Counted from the stretch's first letter, positions 1 through 10,909 are shown. The stretch is DNA of 64,000 nt from Bacillus sp. (in: firmicutes) (GCA_051893455.1 JBJFHG010000064.1:159-64158); one strand, 5' to 3'. Notes: generated by a model not told the origin, from the sequence alone. Program-made: numbers and translations.

Positions 1-1
1 T

Positions 2-670
2 TTCCTTGCCTATTACGCGTATTTAGCTAACGACAGAATTGGATTGAATGAGTTTCTGGACCGAATGACCATAAACGTTTCTGAATTCTATCGGAACGCA
101 AAACGCTGGGACGTGCTGGATGAAAAAATATTGCCAAGGCTCTTGTCCAAATCGAACCGAATAAAGGTCTGGAGCGCGGCGTGCTCAACAGGTGATGAAC
201 CATATACTCTTGCTATGATCTTGTCGAAACATATCTCTTTATCAAATGTCACGCTGCTGGCCACGGATATTGATGAAAATGCGCTTGCAAGGGCAAAAAT
301 GGGTGTTTATCATGAAAGGGTACTGAAAGAATTGCCGAAAGAATTGATTGGCAAGCATTTCACCAGGCAGGGAAATCACTACGCTGTACATGAAGAAATC
401 AAACAGGCGGTTACATTCCAAAAGCAAAATCTGCTGGCAGATCCATTCGGAAAAGATTTCGATTTGATTGTTTGCCGGAACGTGCTGATATACTTTACTG
501 AGGAAGCAAAAGAGAAAGTCAATCGCAAATTCAGCGATTCGTTAAGAGAAGGCGGCGTTCTTTTTGTAGGCAGCACAGAACAAATCTTTCATCCGGAATC
601 CTATAGTTTGGAAACGGAAGACGCCTTTTTTTATAAGAAGAAGGAAAGCAGACAGGAGAATTGTTTGTAA
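2..670 (+). CDS. cheR: Chemotaxis protein methyltransferase CheR (5'-truncated by window edge)
   Basis: [28 protein letters not shown] and [12 protein letters not shown] motifs; frame open back to the window start; precedes chorismate synthase as in Bacillus. Confidence 0.96.
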   Translation, partial: FLAYYAYLANDRIGLNEFLDRMTINVSEFYRNAKRWDVLDEKILPRLLSKSNRIKVWSAACSTGDEPYTLAMILSKHISLSNVTLLATDIDENALARAKMGVYHERVLKELPKELIGKHFTRQGNHYAVHEEIKQAVTFQKQNLLADPFGKDFDLIVCRNVLIYFTEEAKEKVNRKFSDSLREGGVLFVGSTEQIFHPESYSLETEDAFFYKKKESRQENCL

Positions 671-757
671 AATTCGAATAATTACATTACAGTTCTCGAT
701 AGTATATGATATATTGTTACATAAAAGCTTTAAAGTGTTAAAAGGGAGATGGAGCTA

Positions 758-1930
758 ATGCGTTATTTGACAGCCGGAGAATCACATGGACCACAACTGA
801 CGACCATTATCGAGGGCATGCCTGCAGGTTTGCCTTTAACAGCAGATGATATAAATGGAGAGTTGGCACGCAGGCAAAAAGGACACGGTAGGGGAAGGAG
901 GATGGCCATTGAGAAGGATACAGTCCGGATCACTTCCGGTGTAAGGCATGGGGAAACCTTAGGATCGCCGATTGCTCTGGTCGTTGAAAATGACGATTGG
1001 AAGCATTGGACAAAAATAATGGGGACAGAGCCGCTTACGGAAGAAGAAAAGGCCAATGTGTCCAGAACCATCTCCCGTCCGCGCCCGGGACATGCGGACC
1101 TTAACGGAGGTTTAAAGTATAACCATCGCGATCTCCGCAATGTGCTGGAGAGATCGTCCGCCCGTGAAACGACAGTCCGGGTTGCTGCTGGGGCGACGGC
1201 GAAAGCCCTGCTCAGGAAACTTGGGATAGAAATCGGTTCACACGTCGTCAAAATAGGTGGTATCAGTGCTGAACGGACAACATATACAAATATGGAGCAA
1301 CTGCAAGAACGGACGGAAAAGTCGCCAGTCCGTTGTCTTGATCAGGCTGCCGGTCAAAAAATGATGGATGCAATCGATGAAGCCAAGAAAAAAGGCGACT
1401 CCATCGGAGGGATTGTCGAAGTGATTGTGGAAGGCATGCCTGCAGGAGTGGGAAGCTACGTGCATTACGACAGAAAAATCGACTCCAAGCTGGCTGCAGC
1501 CATCATGAGCATCAATGCTTTTAAAGGAGTCGAAATCGGAATGGGCTTCGAAGCTGCAGACCGTTTCGGCAGCGAAGTCCACGATGAGATTGCGTGGAAT
1601 GAAGAAAGAGGCTATTATCGCTTATCCAACCGGTTAGGCGGCATTGAAGGCGGAATGACGACCGGGATGCCGATTGTCATCCGAGGGGTCATGAAGCCTA
1701 TCCCGACGCTGTACAAACCTCTTAAAAGTATTGATATAGATACGAAAGAGGTTTTCAATGCCAGCATCGAGCGTTCAGACAGCTGTGCGGTGCCGGCAGC
1801 GGCAGTCGTGGCGGAGGCGGTAGTGGCATGGGAATTGGCAGCCGCTATAGTCGATCAGTTTCCATCCGATACGTTTGGGGGATTGGTCTCTTACTTGGAG
1901 GATTACCGGAAGATGCATAAGGAGTTTTGA
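758..1930 (+). CDS. aroC: Chorismate synthase
   Basis: [12 protein letters not shown]-terminus, [25 protein letters not shown] motifs; GGAG RBS before ATG 758. Confidence 0.98.
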   Translation: MRYLTAGESHGPQLTTIIEGMPAGLPLTADDINGELARRQKGHGRGRRMAIEKDTVRITSGVRHGETLGSPIALVVENDDWKHWTKIMGTEPLTEEEKANVSRTISRPRPGHADLNGGLKYNHRDLRNVLERSSARETTVRVAAGATAKALLRKLGIEIGSHVVKIGGISAERTTYTNMEQLQERTEKSPVRCLDQAAGQKMMDAIDEAKKKGDSIGGIVEVIVEGMPAGVGSYVHYDRKIDSKLAAAIMSINAFKGVEIGMGFEAADRFGSEVHDEIAWNEERGYYRLSNRLGGIEGGMTTGMPIVIRGVMKPIPTLYKPLKSIDIDTKEVFNASIERSDSCAVPAAAVVAEAVVAWELAAAIVDQFPSDTFGGLVSYLEDYRKMHKEF

Positions 1931-1933
1931 TAC

Positions 1934-3010
1934 ATGAAAAAAGTGGAGATTGAAACAGAGTCCAAACGCTATCCGGTTTTTATCGGAAGCGGCATATTAG
2001 GACATTTGGCGCCCTACATAAAAACCAACCTGGCTGATGTCTCGAATATTTGGATTATCGTGGATAAGACAGTATCCGAACTCTATCTGGGCAGGCTCAA
2101 GGAAGCGCTTGGTAAAGACTTTGGTCCATTGATTGTCAGCACGGTTCCTGCGGGGGAGCACTGCAAGACTTTTTCGGTATTCGAAAAATGCCATGGTGAA
2201 GGATTGGCCGCGAATGCCAATAGGAAGACCCTGATATTGGCATTGGGCGGCGGGGCTGTCGGTGATTTGGCCGGCTTTGTGGCTGCAACTTACATGAGAG
2301 GAATCCGGTTTATCGGTATTCCGACTACCATCCTGGCCCATGACAGCGCGGTCGGAGGAAAGGTGGCCATCAATCATCCACTCGGAAAAAATATGGTCGG
2401 CGCCTTCCATCAGCCGGAAGCGGTCTTTTATGATTTATCAACGCTCTCTTCTTTGCCGGAAAAAGAATGGAGGTCCGGCTTTGCCGAAGCGGTCAAGCAT
2501 GCTCTTATTCAGGACAAGCCCTTATATGACTGGATGCGGTCGAACATCGATAGCTTGGATAACCGTCAAATGGACCACATCGCCTATGCGATCGAAAAAG
2601 GCATTCAGATAAAGGCGGCTATCGTCCAACAAGATGAAAGAGAATCGGGCATCCGCGCTTACTTGAATTTTGGTCATACACTCGGGCATGCCATTGAAGC
2701 GAATGTAGGTTATGGTGTCATCACCCATGGGGAAAGTGTATTGATCGGGATGATTTTCGCACTCAGGATGAGTGTCGAAAAAGCAGGGCTGTCATTCGAT
2801 GTCGATCAATTCCAAAACTGGGCGGAACAGCTTGGTTATCGGACAGCTCTACCCCAGGTCAGCCATAAACATTTACTGAGCACGATGAAAAAAGATAAAA
2901 AGACAACAGGTGACAAGACAACGTTCATTTTGTTGAAGAGAATAGGAGAACCGATTATTTTGGAGTTCGGGGATGAGGAATTGATCGACTGTTTATCGCG
3001 TTATTTTTGA
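1934..3010 (+). CDS. aroB: 3-dehydroquinate synthase
   Basis: ALGGGAVGDLAGFVAATYMRG, PTTILAHDSAVGGK, LNFGHTLGHAIE motifs. Confidence 0.97.
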   Translation: MKKVEIETESKRYPVFIGSGILGHLAPYIKTNLADVSNIWIIVDKTVSELYLGRLKEALGKDFGPLIVSTVPAGEHCKTFSVFEKCHGEGLAANANRKTLILALGGGAVGDLAGFVAATYMRGIRFIGIPTTILAHDSAVGGKVAINHPLGKNMVGAFHQPEAVFYDLSTLSSLPEKEWRSGFAEAVKHALIQDKPLYDWMRSNIDSLDNRQMDHIAYAIEKGIQIKAAIVQQDERESGIRAYLNFGHTLGHAIEANVGYGVITHGESVLIGMIFALRMSVEKAGLSFDVDQFQNWAEQLGYRTALPQVSHKHLLSTMKKDKKTTGDKTTFILLKRIGEPIILEFGDEELIDCLSRYF

Positions 3011-3027
3011 CGTCAGGAGGAAATCAG

Positions 3028-3390
3028 ATGACAAGAGGTGTCAGAGGGGCAACAACTGTGCCGAACAATAGCGAAAGTGAAATTATCGAACGTACTCAGG
3101 AGTTGCTGTTGGAGATGATCGGCCAGAATAGTATCACAGCGGAAACGGTCTGTTCGGTGATCATATCTGCGACCGAGGACCTGAATGCAGCCTTTCCGGC
3201 CAAGGCATTAAGGAATCTGCAAGGATGGACATACGTCCCTGTCATGTGCTTTAAGGAAATGTCCGTCGAGGGAGCTCTCAAAAATTGCATTCGCATCATG
3301 CTCCATTGGAATACGGACAAGCCTCAAGAGGTCATCCAGCACGTGTATTTGCATAATGCAGCCAATTTGAGGCCCGATCTAGCAAAATAG
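3028..3390 (+). CDS. aroH: Chorismate mutase, AroH class
   Basis: RGVRGATT...FPA...CIR...HVYL..A..LRPDL; AGGAGG RBS before ATG 3028. Confidence 0.96.
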   Translation: MTRGVRGATTVPNNSESEIIERTQELLLEMIGQNSITAETVCSVIISATEDLNAAFPAKALRNLQGWTYVPVMCFKEMSVEGALKNCIRIMLHWNTDKPQEVIQHVYLHNAANLRPDLAK

Positions 3391-3439
3391 TCTCTCGCCG
3401 CTACAGGCCAAAAGATGAATAAAGAGGGGAATGGTTGTC

Positions 3440-4543
3440 GTGAAATGGAAAACAAATGTACTTTCAATTAAAGCGTATCAGCCGGGAAGAACAATTGATG
3501 AGGTAAAAAGGCAATTTGGTTTAGACAGCATCGTAAAATTGGCGAGTAATGAAAACCCGTATGGATACTCCAAGGCAGTCGATGAATTGCTGAAATCAAG
3601 AATTGGCCATTTCGAGCTGTATCCGGATGGAGCGGCTGTGCAGCTGAAACATGCTTTATCTGTCCACCATAATGTGCCTGCAGAGCAGATCATTCTGGGC
3701 AATGGTTCAGATGAAATCATTTCTATCATTTCGCGGTCCATCCTGCGGCCTGGCTTAAATACCGTGATGGCCAAGCCGACTTTTTCTCAGTATAAACATA
3801 ATGCACTTGTGGAGGATGCCGAAATAAGGGAAGTTGACCTTGTGAATGGCAAGCATGATTTGGAGGCCATGCTGCAGGCAATCGATGAAAACACGGCGAT
3901 TGTATGGCTGTGTACGCCGAATAACCCATCCGGTGTCCATATCCCGGAGAAAGAACTGCTATCATTCTTGGACCAGGTCGATTCTAATGTGCTGGTCGTC
4001 CTGGATGAAGCTTACCGGGAATATGTAGTCGCTGATGATTATCCGGAAAGTTTAAATTTTTTGGGGGCATATCCGAACATCATCTTATTGCGCACGTTTT
4101 CAAAGATTTATGGGCTGGCCAGCTTCCGGGTCGGTTATGGGATATCTTCAAAAGAAATCATTGCAAAATTGGACCCTGTCCGAGAACCTTTTAATGTGAA
4201 TGCGGTCGGTCAGGCGGTGGCCATAACTGCCCTTCAGGATCAAGACTTCATCGTACAATGCAGACAAAAGAACCGCAAAGGATTGGAGCAATATTATGCT
4301 TTTTGTGAGGAAGAGCAGTTGAACTACTATCCATCACAGGCGAACTTCATCTTAATCGACCTCGGTCGTGATGGAGATGAAGTCTTCCAGCATTTGATGA
4401 GCAAAGGCTATATCGTCAGAAGCGGAAAAGCGTTAGGCTTCCCGACATGCATCCGCATCACAGTGGGATCTGAGGAACAGAACATAGGGATGATTGACGA
4501 GCTGTGCCAACTTATGCATGCCGGTGCAAAAGTCCAAAAGTGA
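3440..4543 (+). CDS. hisC: Histidinol-phosphate aminotransferase
   Basis: KLASNENP, GNGSDEII, PNNP, DEAY, RTFSKIYGLASFRVGY (PLP lysine); GTG 3440 best spaced from RBS. Confidence 0.96.
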   Translation: MKWKTNVLSIKAYQPGRTIDEVKRQFGLDSIVKLASNENPYGYSKAVDELLKSRIGHFELYPDGAAVQLKHALSVHHNVPAEQIILGNGSDEIISIISRSILRPGLNTVMAKPTFSQYKHNALVEDAEIREVDLVNGKHDLEAMLQAIDENTAIVWLCTPNNPSGVHIPEKELLSFLDQVDSNVLVVLDEAYREYVVADDYPESLNFLGAYPNIILLRTFSKIYGLASFRVGYGISSKEIIAKLDPVREPFNVNAVGQAVAITALQDQDFIVQCRQKNRKGLEQYYAFCEEEQLNYYPSQANFILIDLGRDGDEVFQHLMSKGYIVRSGKALGFPTCIRITVGSEEQNIGMIDELCQLMHAGAKVQK

Positions 4544-4560
4544 GCTGAAGGAGGAGAGGC

Positions 4561-5667
4561 GTGTTGAGGGGGAAAGTCCTTATCATCGGGCTCGGCTTAA
4601 TCGGAGGGTCGGTAGCCCTGGCCATCAAAGAAGCTAACCGTGACGTAACTATTTATGGCTATGACATAAACAGCAATAACCTTCAAATCGGTAAGGCGCT
4701 CGGAATCATAGATGAGGAGAGCCGCTCTTTTCAGGAAAGCGCAAAAGAGGCAGATCTGATTATTGTATCGACACCTGTACAGCAGACGGTTGAGGTACTT
4801 AAGCTTTTAGCAGGTTTACACTTGAAGCGGGATGTCATCATCAGCGATGTCGGCAGCACGAAACAGAAGGTCATCGAAGCTGCGGAGGGGCTGCTTGAGG
4901 CAGGAATCGCCTTCATCGGGGGCCATCCGATGGCAGGGTCGCATAAAACGGGTCCCGCAGCAGCAAAAGCTCATCTTTTCGAAAATGCTTTTTATTTATT
5001 GACTCCGGACGACCGGATAGCCGAGAAAAAGGTAGCGGAGCTGAAAATGTGGCTAATGGGGACAAAAGCCAATTTCCTCGTCCTGACGCCAGAGCTTCAT
5101 GATCAATTGACGGGAGTCATCAGCCATTTCCCGCATATCATTGCTGCCGGACTAGTCCATAGTGCCCAGAAATCAAAGGTTGACCGGCAGCTGGTGACCC
5201 GGTTGGCGGCTGGGGGATTCCGCGATATCACAAGGATTGCATCCGGCAGTCCCATTATGTGGCGTGATATCCTCATACAAAACCGTAATGTCCTTGTTGA
5301 CCTGATGGAGGAATGGATAGAGGATATGACAAGACTGAAATGGCTTTTAGCATCAGAGGATGTGCAATCCCTTTATGCTTTTTTTGACGAGGCCAAGGAA
5401 TTCCGGGACGATCTTCCGGTCAGGGAACAAGGGGCCATTCCGGCTTTTTATGACTTGTATGTGGATGTTCCGGATTATCCGGGTGTCATTTCTGAAATCA
5501 CGGGATACTTGGCTGAGGAGCGGATCAGCATTACAAATATCCGGATTTTGGAGACACGTGAAGAAATCTGCGGTGTGCTGGTCATCTCATTCCAAAGTGA
5601 AAGAGACCGTACAAGAGCAGAACGATGTATCGAAAAAGAAACCAATTACGGCGTTTATATCATATGA
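4561..5667 (+). CDS. tyrA: Prephenate dehydrogenase with C-terminal ACT domain
   Basis: GLGLIGGS, DVGSTK, GGHPMAGS, SHFPH, GFRDITRIA, VDVPDYPG motifs. Confidence 0.97.
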   Translation: MLRGKVLIIGLGLIGGSVALAIKEANRDVTIYGYDINSNNLQIGKALGIIDEESRSFQESAKEADLIIVSTPVQQTVEVLKLLAGLHLKRDVIISDVGSTKQKVIEAAEGLLEAGIAFIGGHPMAGSHKTGPAAAKAHLFENAFYLLTPDDRIAEKKVAELKMWLMGTKANFLVLTPELHDQLTGVISHFPHIIAAGLVHSAQKSKVDRQLVTRLAAGGFRDITRIASGSPIMWRDILIQNRNVLVDLMEEWIEDMTRLKWLLASEDVQSLYAFFDEAKEFRDDLPVREQGAIPAFYDLYVDVPDYPGVISEITGYLAEERISITNIRILETREEICGVLVISFQSERDRTRAERCIEKETNYGVYII

Positions 5668-5676
5668 GGTGAAGAC

Positions 5677-6966
5677 ATGTCAGAAATACAGCTGCGTTCG
5701 CATATCGATGGATTGCAAGGGACGTTGGAAATCCCGGGGGATAAGTCCATATCCCATAGGGCAGTCATGTTCGGGGCAGTAGCGAACGGAAAGACAACCA
5801 TCAAAAATTTTCTGCCCGGGGAAGATTGCCTCAGCACCATTTCCTGTTTCCGGAAAATGGGTGTTGCCATTGAACAGGACGGCAAGGATGTCGTCATAGA
5901 CGGAAAAGGGTTTGACGGGCTGACAGAAGCGCATGAGGTTCTTGATGTCGGGAACAGCGGTACGACGCTTCGTCTGATATCCGGACTTTTATCAGGCTTG
6001 CCGATCCACAGTATCCTTGTCGGAGATGAGTCGATTGCGAAGCGGCCGATGACAAGAGTAACAAACCCTCTGAGGCAGATGGGAGCTAAGATCGACGGCA
6101 GGGAAAATGGGAAATATACGCCGATTTCAATCAGAGGCGGTCAGCTATCAGCTATATCCTACCAGGTTCCGGTCGCAAGCGCGCAAGTGAAATCGGCCGT
6201 GCTGCTGGCTGGTCTCCGTGCCGAGGGACGGACAATCGTAACGGAGATTGAGCAAACGAGGAACCATACGGAAACGATGCTCCGTATGTTCGGGGTACAG
6301 GTCGAAACAGAAGGATTGAGCATCTCGATTGATGGTGGACAACCATTATTCGGGACGGAAATTGTCGTTCCTGGTGATATCTCCTCGGCGGCATTCTTTT
6401 TGGCGGCGGGAGCCATCGCCCCGCATAGTTCAATTACACTGCGGAACGTTGGCTTAAATGAAACACGTACTGGCATTCTAGATGTTTTGCGTTCGATGGG
6501 TGCCAATCTGGAAGTGGAATTTTACGAAGAAATGTCTGAAGAGCCGCGCGGGGACCTGACAATCAAGTCATCTGAACTGAAGGCGGTCGACATCAACGGC
6601 AGCATCATACCGCGCTTGATAGATGAGTTGCCGATTATTGCCTTGATGGCGACACAAGCAGAAGGCACAACCGTCATCTCTGATGCAAAAGAGCTGAAGG
6701 TGAAAGAAACAAACCGAATTGATACAGTGGTAACAGAGCTGCGTAAATTGGGTGCGGATATCGAGGCCACAGAAGATGGGATGATCATAAGGGGGAAAAC
6801 CTTTCTTCATGGTGGAGCTGTCGACAGTCACGGTGATCATCGGATCGGCATGATGCTGGCAATTGCTGCAACGGTGGCTGGCGGAGAAGTGACTTTGAAA
6901 AACGGCGAAGCAATTGCCGTCTCGTATCCCGAGTTCTTTGATCACTTGCATTCTTTAATTAAATAG
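5677..6966 (+). CDS. aroA: 3-phosphoshikimate 1-carboxyvinyltransferase (EPSP synthase)
   Basis: [48 protein letters not shown] motifs. Confidence 0.98.
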   Translation: MSEIQLRSHIDGLQGTLEIPGDKSISHRAVMFGAVANGKTTIKNFLPGEDCLSTISCFRKMGVAIEQDGKDVVIDGKGFDGLTEAHEVLDVGNSGTTLRLISGLLSGLPIHSILVGDESIAKRPMTRVTNPLRQMGAKIDGRENGKYTPISIRGGQLSAISYQVPVASAQVKSAVLLAGLRAEGRTIVTEIEQTRNHTETMLRMFGVQVETEGLSISIDGGQPLFGTEIVVPGDISSAAFFLAAGAIAPHSSITLRNVGLNETRTGILDVLRSMGANLEVEFYEEMSEEPRGDLTIKSSELKAVDINGSIIPRLIDELPIIALMATQAEGTTVISDAKELKVKETNRIDTVVTELRKLGADIEATEDGMIIRGKTFLHGGAVDSHGDHRIGMMLAIAATVAGGEVTLKNGEAIAVSYPEFFDHLHSLIK

Positions 6967-6970
6967 ACGA

Positions 6971-7013
6971 AGAAGCCATCTCATTTACAGTTGGAGATGG
7001 CTTCTTTATCTTT
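6971..7013 (+). terminator. Intrinsic terminator of the aro operon
   Basis: AGAAGCCATCTC...GAGATGGCTTCT stem followed by TTATCTTT. Confidence 0.85.
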
Positions 7014-7222
7014 GGCTGTTTTCTAAAAGATTGTTGTTTTACATAAGTTCAGTAATGAAAACCAGTTGATTGGGAGCGGAAGGTGCGAGACTCCTGCGGG
7101 ATTAGCGGACCGGGTGAGACCCCGCAAGCGCTTGGCGCTGAGGAGGCTCACCGCCCGCCCCGCGGAAAGCGAGCAACCTGGAGCCTACTTCTTCATAGGC
7201 AACAAAGTTTGCGAAAACAGCC
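7014..7222. mobile_element. MITE-like non-autonomous element, probably IS1595-family derived
   Basis: Imperfect terminal inverted repeats GGCTGTTTTCTAAAAGATTGTTG / GCAACAAAGTTTGCGAAAACAGCC; exact 8-bp direct repeat TTATCTTT at 7006-7013 and 7223-7230; GC-rich self-complementary core; left end nearly identical to 54489-54512. Confidence 0.85.
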
Positions 7223-7253
7223 TTATCTTTTGATTACATCAAGGGCGAAAATG

Positions 7254-7282
7254 GAATAAATGGACGGGCTCCCTCATACATT
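7254..7282 (+). promoter_or_regulatory. Putative SigE-type sporulation promoter
   Basis: GAATAAA-14 bp-CATACATT upstream of ORF 7308. Confidence 0.4.
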
Positions 7283-7307
7283 GACAAAAAATACGGGGGT
7301 GGTCTAA

Positions 7308-8159
7308 ATGCCATATGTTATGGAAGGTGTACAAGTATTAGAAAATGCCAAGTTAATAGAGACCAATTTTATTGTGAAGGGCGGACGAATCCAAGGGCGT
7401 GATATTTCTGTGCAAAAATGCGGCTACATCCGTAACCGATTGGACAATCGGATTATTACTCCTACCCATTCAACTATGGGAGATATGGGCGAATACAGGA
7501 AGAAAGGTGAGGAGTATTCTCTAAAAATCCTTGGGTTGGGCTGTACGACCGTAGTGTTTCCTCTTGAAGCGTCTCGTGTTTCCGAATTGGAAGGACAATT
7601 ATCCACAGCCAGAAGAAATCTTGCCAGTTTCCCTCTTGATTATCTGTTTATTGTGAGGGTCCCTGCTAAAAAATTGACTATGGAGCTCGTAAGAGCCTGC
7701 AAAAGAATGCTTGTCCCTGCCGTCATCGTTTCGTCCGAACATCCTGAAGAATTGCAGAAAGTGCCCTGGAGCTGGATCAGGCAAGCGACTTTTCCCTATA
7801 AGATGGTCTTCATCTTGGAGAATATCGCCCCTTCAGCTCCGGTTGTGCAAACAGTTTCAGGGATGAAGTTGCCCCATTGGATCGATCCCATCGTGTTGCA
7901 TGAACCGATCGGTAAAGAATTGGAGAAAAAAGTTGGAATTTTTCCTGAAAGAGGATTCTTGAGAAACAACGGAGAAGTTACTTATAATATTTTTGAAGAA
8001 AAAGCGCTTCAAGGTTTACATACATCCTTAGATAGACATTATGATAAAATAGAGGCTACGGTTTACAAAAATCGTGTAGTGCGGTACGGAGAGACGATTG
8101 ATCTTTCCTGTTCGGAAGGAATGGAACTTCGTATAAAGGTACCGGGATTTTTCCAATAG
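7308..8159 (+). CDS. Conserved hypothetical protein, possibly a degenerate amidohydrolase-like fold
   Basis: 283-aa ORF with GGGGGTGG RBS; N-terminal beta-rich segment, ITP, GCTT and C-terminal G.L..G...YN elements resemble the amidohydrolase scaffold, but the metal ligands are not evident. Confidence 0.6.
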   Translation: MPYVMEGVQVLENAKLIETNFIVKGGRIQGRDISVQKCGYIRNRLDNRIITPTHSTMGDMGEYRKKGEEYSLKILGLGCTTVVFPLEASRVSELEGQLSTARRNLASFPLDYLFIVRVPAKKLTMELVRACKRMLVPAVIVSSEHPEELQKVPWSWIRQATFPYKMVFILENIAPSAPVVQTVSGMKLPHWIDPIVLHEPIGKELEKKVGIFPERGFLRNNGEVTYNIFEEKALQGLHTSLDRHYDKIEATVYKNRVVRYGETIDLSCSEGMELRIKVPGFFQ

Positions 8160-8195
8160 TAATTGGCTTATAAGAAAAGACGGGAATGATGAATA

Positions 8196-9458
8196 ATGGT
8201 AACAGTAGAAAAAGTTTTACAATTAATTAACAATGGAGAATTTGATGCAGCAAGCAAACATATATATACAATACAAAACAGCGGCTTGGAGGAAGATATG
8301 TTCGTCCTGGCAGAAGAGTTGTCACAATTAGGGTTTTTGGAGGAAGCAATAGGGTTGTATGAACAACTGCTGGCTGTTCATCCGGATGAAGGGGAGTTGA
8401 TCCTGTCACTGGCGGACATATTTATTGAGCTGGATCGCGAGGATGATGCTCTGGAGCTTGTCAAAAAAGTCAGAAAATCCGATCCGGTGTATCCGAGTGC
8501 GCTTCTTCTGGAGGCTGATTTATATGCCCTAAATGGACTGGAAGAAGTGGCCTATAAGAAGCTGAAAGAAGCAAAACAGATGATGCCGGATGAAAAGCTG
8601 ATCGATTTTGCGCTGGCTGAGCAATGTTATATGCAAGGTAGCTTCCCAGAAGCAATCACCTACTATGAGAATGTGCTAAAAGAGCATGAGGAACTCGCCG
8701 GAGTAGGCATTCGCCAAAGGATAGCAGAATCTTACAGCAATATTGGCAAATTTGAGGAAGCACTCGGGTTCTATGAGCAAAGCCTTGCTGATAAGGTTGA
8801 AATGAATACCTTGTTCGAATACGGATTGACAGCGTACCAGGCAGGCGAGTACAAACTAGCGGCCGACAAGCTGGAGCAATTGAAGGTCATGGACCCTGAA
8901 TATCATTCCCTGTATCTGTACCTCACGTCGGCGTACGAACATCAGGAAGAACTGGAAAAGGCTTACGGTGCCGCGAAGGAAGGGATCAGGCAGGATGAAT
9001 TCAACAAGGAGCTGTTCTTCAAAGCTGGAAAATTAGCGTTTAAACTCAACAAATCCGAGGAAGGGATTTCTTTGATCAGGGAAGCGTTGGCGATCGATCC
9101 CGGCTATTTGGAGGCAGGAATCACTCTGGCGAAATATTTCACTGCCATGGAACGTGATGAGGACTGTATTGATGTGATTAAGAGCATGATGGAATTCGGA
9201 GAAAATGATCCGCAATTCGATTGGCTGTTAGCGGTGAGCCACAACCGTATAGAGGAATTCGGAAAAGCAAAGGACTACTTTGAAAAGGCATTTATGGCTT
9301 ATAATGATAGTAGGGAGTTCCTTACTGATTATGGATATTTTCTAATCGAAGAAGGAGACCGAGTTGCCGCTATCGAAATATTTAATAAACTATTGCGGAT
9401 GGACCCTTGGAATGAGGAGTATCTATCTGTAATTGATAATCTGAAAGGTGATCAATAA
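8196..9458 (+). CDS. ypiA: Tetratricopeptide repeat protein YpiA
   Basis: Repeated TPR-like helical units; position between aroA and ypiB. Confidence 0.9.
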   Translation: MVTVEKVLQLINNGEFDAASKHIYTIQNSGLEEDMFVLAEELSQLGFLEEAIGLYEQLLAVHPDEGELILSLADIFIELDREDDALELVKKVRKSDPVYPSALLLEADLYALNGLEEVAYKKLKEAKQMMPDEKLIDFALAEQCYMQGSFPEAITYYENVLKEHEELAGVGIRQRIAESYSNIGKFEEALGFYEQSLADKVEMNTLFEYGLTAYQAGEYKLAADKLEQLKVMDPEYHSLYLYLTSAYEHQEELEKAYGAAKEGIRQDEFNKELFFKAGKLAFKLNKSEEGISLIREALAIDPGYLEAGITLAKYFTAMERDEDCIDVIKSMMEFGENDPQFDWLLAVSHNRIEEFGKAKDYFEKAFMAYNDSREFLTDYGYFLIEEGDRVAAIEIFNKLLRMDPWNEEYLSVIDNLKGDQ

Positions 9459-9522
9459 AATCCATTGGATCCGTCAGCTGATCAGCTATTCGGCTATTTT
9501 AGCGACAGAGGAGGGAAATAAC

Positions 9523-10074
9523 ATGGCTGCCCCTGTTTCTGTGAATGAAAAAAAAGAATTTATTCGCTGGTTTTTGAATCATTATCAATTGAAAAAGAGA
9601 GAATGTGTCTGGATTCTTAATTACTTGATGAGCCACGATCAATTGATGAAGAAAGTCCATTTCGTCGAAGATGCCCAGTATTGCCCGCGGGGATTGGTGA
9701 TGGCCACGCATTGTGTGGATGAAGTCCCTTTCAAGTTCTACAAATCCAACATTATGACAACGGACGCCGAGAAGTCCTTCCACGATATCAGGCTGAACCG
9801 GGAAGAGGACATTTATATCACACTGCTATTCCGTTCAGCATATTCCTCTTATCACTACGCAGCTGTGCTAGAGAGAAATCCATTTTTCCCGAATAAGAAG
9901 GAAGAGAACGAGAAAGACCGGGCATTAGCTGAACAGATGCTTGATGAGTCTCTGGCATCCTTTCAAATCGACCAGATCCTCAAACAAATTGACGCCGCTC
10001 TCGATGAACAGGATAAAGATGCATTCATGGAGCTGACAGAACAATTGAGGAGATACCAAGAAACGTTAGAATGA
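9523..10074 (+). CDS. ypiB: YpiB/ReoY family proteolytic degradation factor (IDEAL domain)
   Basis: [31 protein letters not shown]; C-terminal IDAALD; GAGGAGGG RBS before ATG 9523. Confidence 0.92.
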   Translation: MAAPVSVNEKKEFIRWFLNHYQLKKRECVWILNYLMSHDQLMKKVHFVEDAQYCPRGLVMATHCVDEVPFKFYKSNIMTTDAEKSFHDIRLNREEDIYITLLFRSAYSSYHYAAVLERNPFFPNKKEENEKDRALAEQMLDESLASFQIDQILKQIDAALDEQDKDAFMELTEQLRRYQETLE

Positions 10075-10076
10075 CA

Positions 10077-10141
10077 AAAGCACTTTTTACAGTAGGCGCC
10101 GCTAAAAAAAGCCGGCCTGCTGTGCAGGTGCTTTTTTTTTT
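10077..10141 (+). terminator. Long imperfect hairpin terminator after ypiB
   Basis: AAAAGCAC...ACAGTAGGC / GCCTGCTGT...GTGCTTTT followed by a poly-T run. Confidence 0.65.
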
Positions 10142-10285
10142 GGCTTGGTCCGGTCGGAACACCTTTTCGAGTATGTCGCATAAACATCATTTTCTGATGG
10201 ATGATTTGTCTGAAATGTTCAGAAAATACAAATAGTGTTATTATATATGTGCCTGAAAGTATCAATACAAGGAGAGTGCAGCGAA

Positions 10286-10747
10286 GTGAAGTGGAATACG
10301 AAAGATATTGAGTTATATGTACAATCGAAAGAGTATATCGATACCGCCTTGATTCCTTTGACAGGGTTCACCTTTCAGGGAGGGATTAAACAGAGCGCTT
10401 CTGCCAATGAATTCATCCATATATTGGCGAATGAGATTGAAAAGCAGTTCAAAGGAAGAGTGCTTTTGCTGCCAACGTTAAGTTACTGTGATGATTGGAC
10501 ACGGGAGGAGAAGGCCTCGCTGGTTAACCAGTGGAGCAAAGCATTGGAGGATGAGAGATTTAAACATGTTTTCTTTTTGACTTCGGATGCCGAGTGGAAA
10601 GCAATGGAGGAAGTCTTCGAGGACTCACTGCTTTGGACAGCAGCGTTGCCGCTTGAACATTTGGAAGAAAAGTATAAAAAGCCAATGGTGGAAGAACAAG
10701 TAAATGAAGTGCTGCACAAAATTATTCAGAAATGGAGAAAAGGGTAA
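10286..10747 (+). CDS. ypiF: YpiF family protein (DUF2487)
   Basis: KW..KD...Y.Q.KEYIDTALIPL, EKQFKGRVLLLP; GTG start with AAGGAG RBS; synteny. Confidence 0.9.
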   Translation: MKWNTKDIELYVQSKEYIDTALIPLTGFTFQGGIKQSASANEFIHILANEIEKQFKGRVLLLPTLSYCDDWTREEKASLVNQWSKALEDERFKHVFFLTSDAEWKAMEEVFEDSLLWTAALPLEHLEEKYKKPMVEEQVNEVLHKIIQKWRKG

Positions 10748-10909
10748 GAATAGGTGAAATGTATATATGACACATTCTTGCCAATAAATGTGATATCCAA
10801 ATATTGATTATTGTCTGATATTGATATATCATTGTTATGTCCTAGTTTTATAGAATTGTTAGAGTTATGTCCGTTGGACTAAGCTTATTTGATAGAGGGG
10901 GGAAATTAT

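Noticed and set aside
7135-7175. CTGAGGA...GAAA in the MITE core, resembling a hammerhead ribozyme core
   Set aside because: The segment between CTGAGGA and GAAA does not close a stem II; its bases pair better with upstream sequence (GGTGAG/CTCACC).
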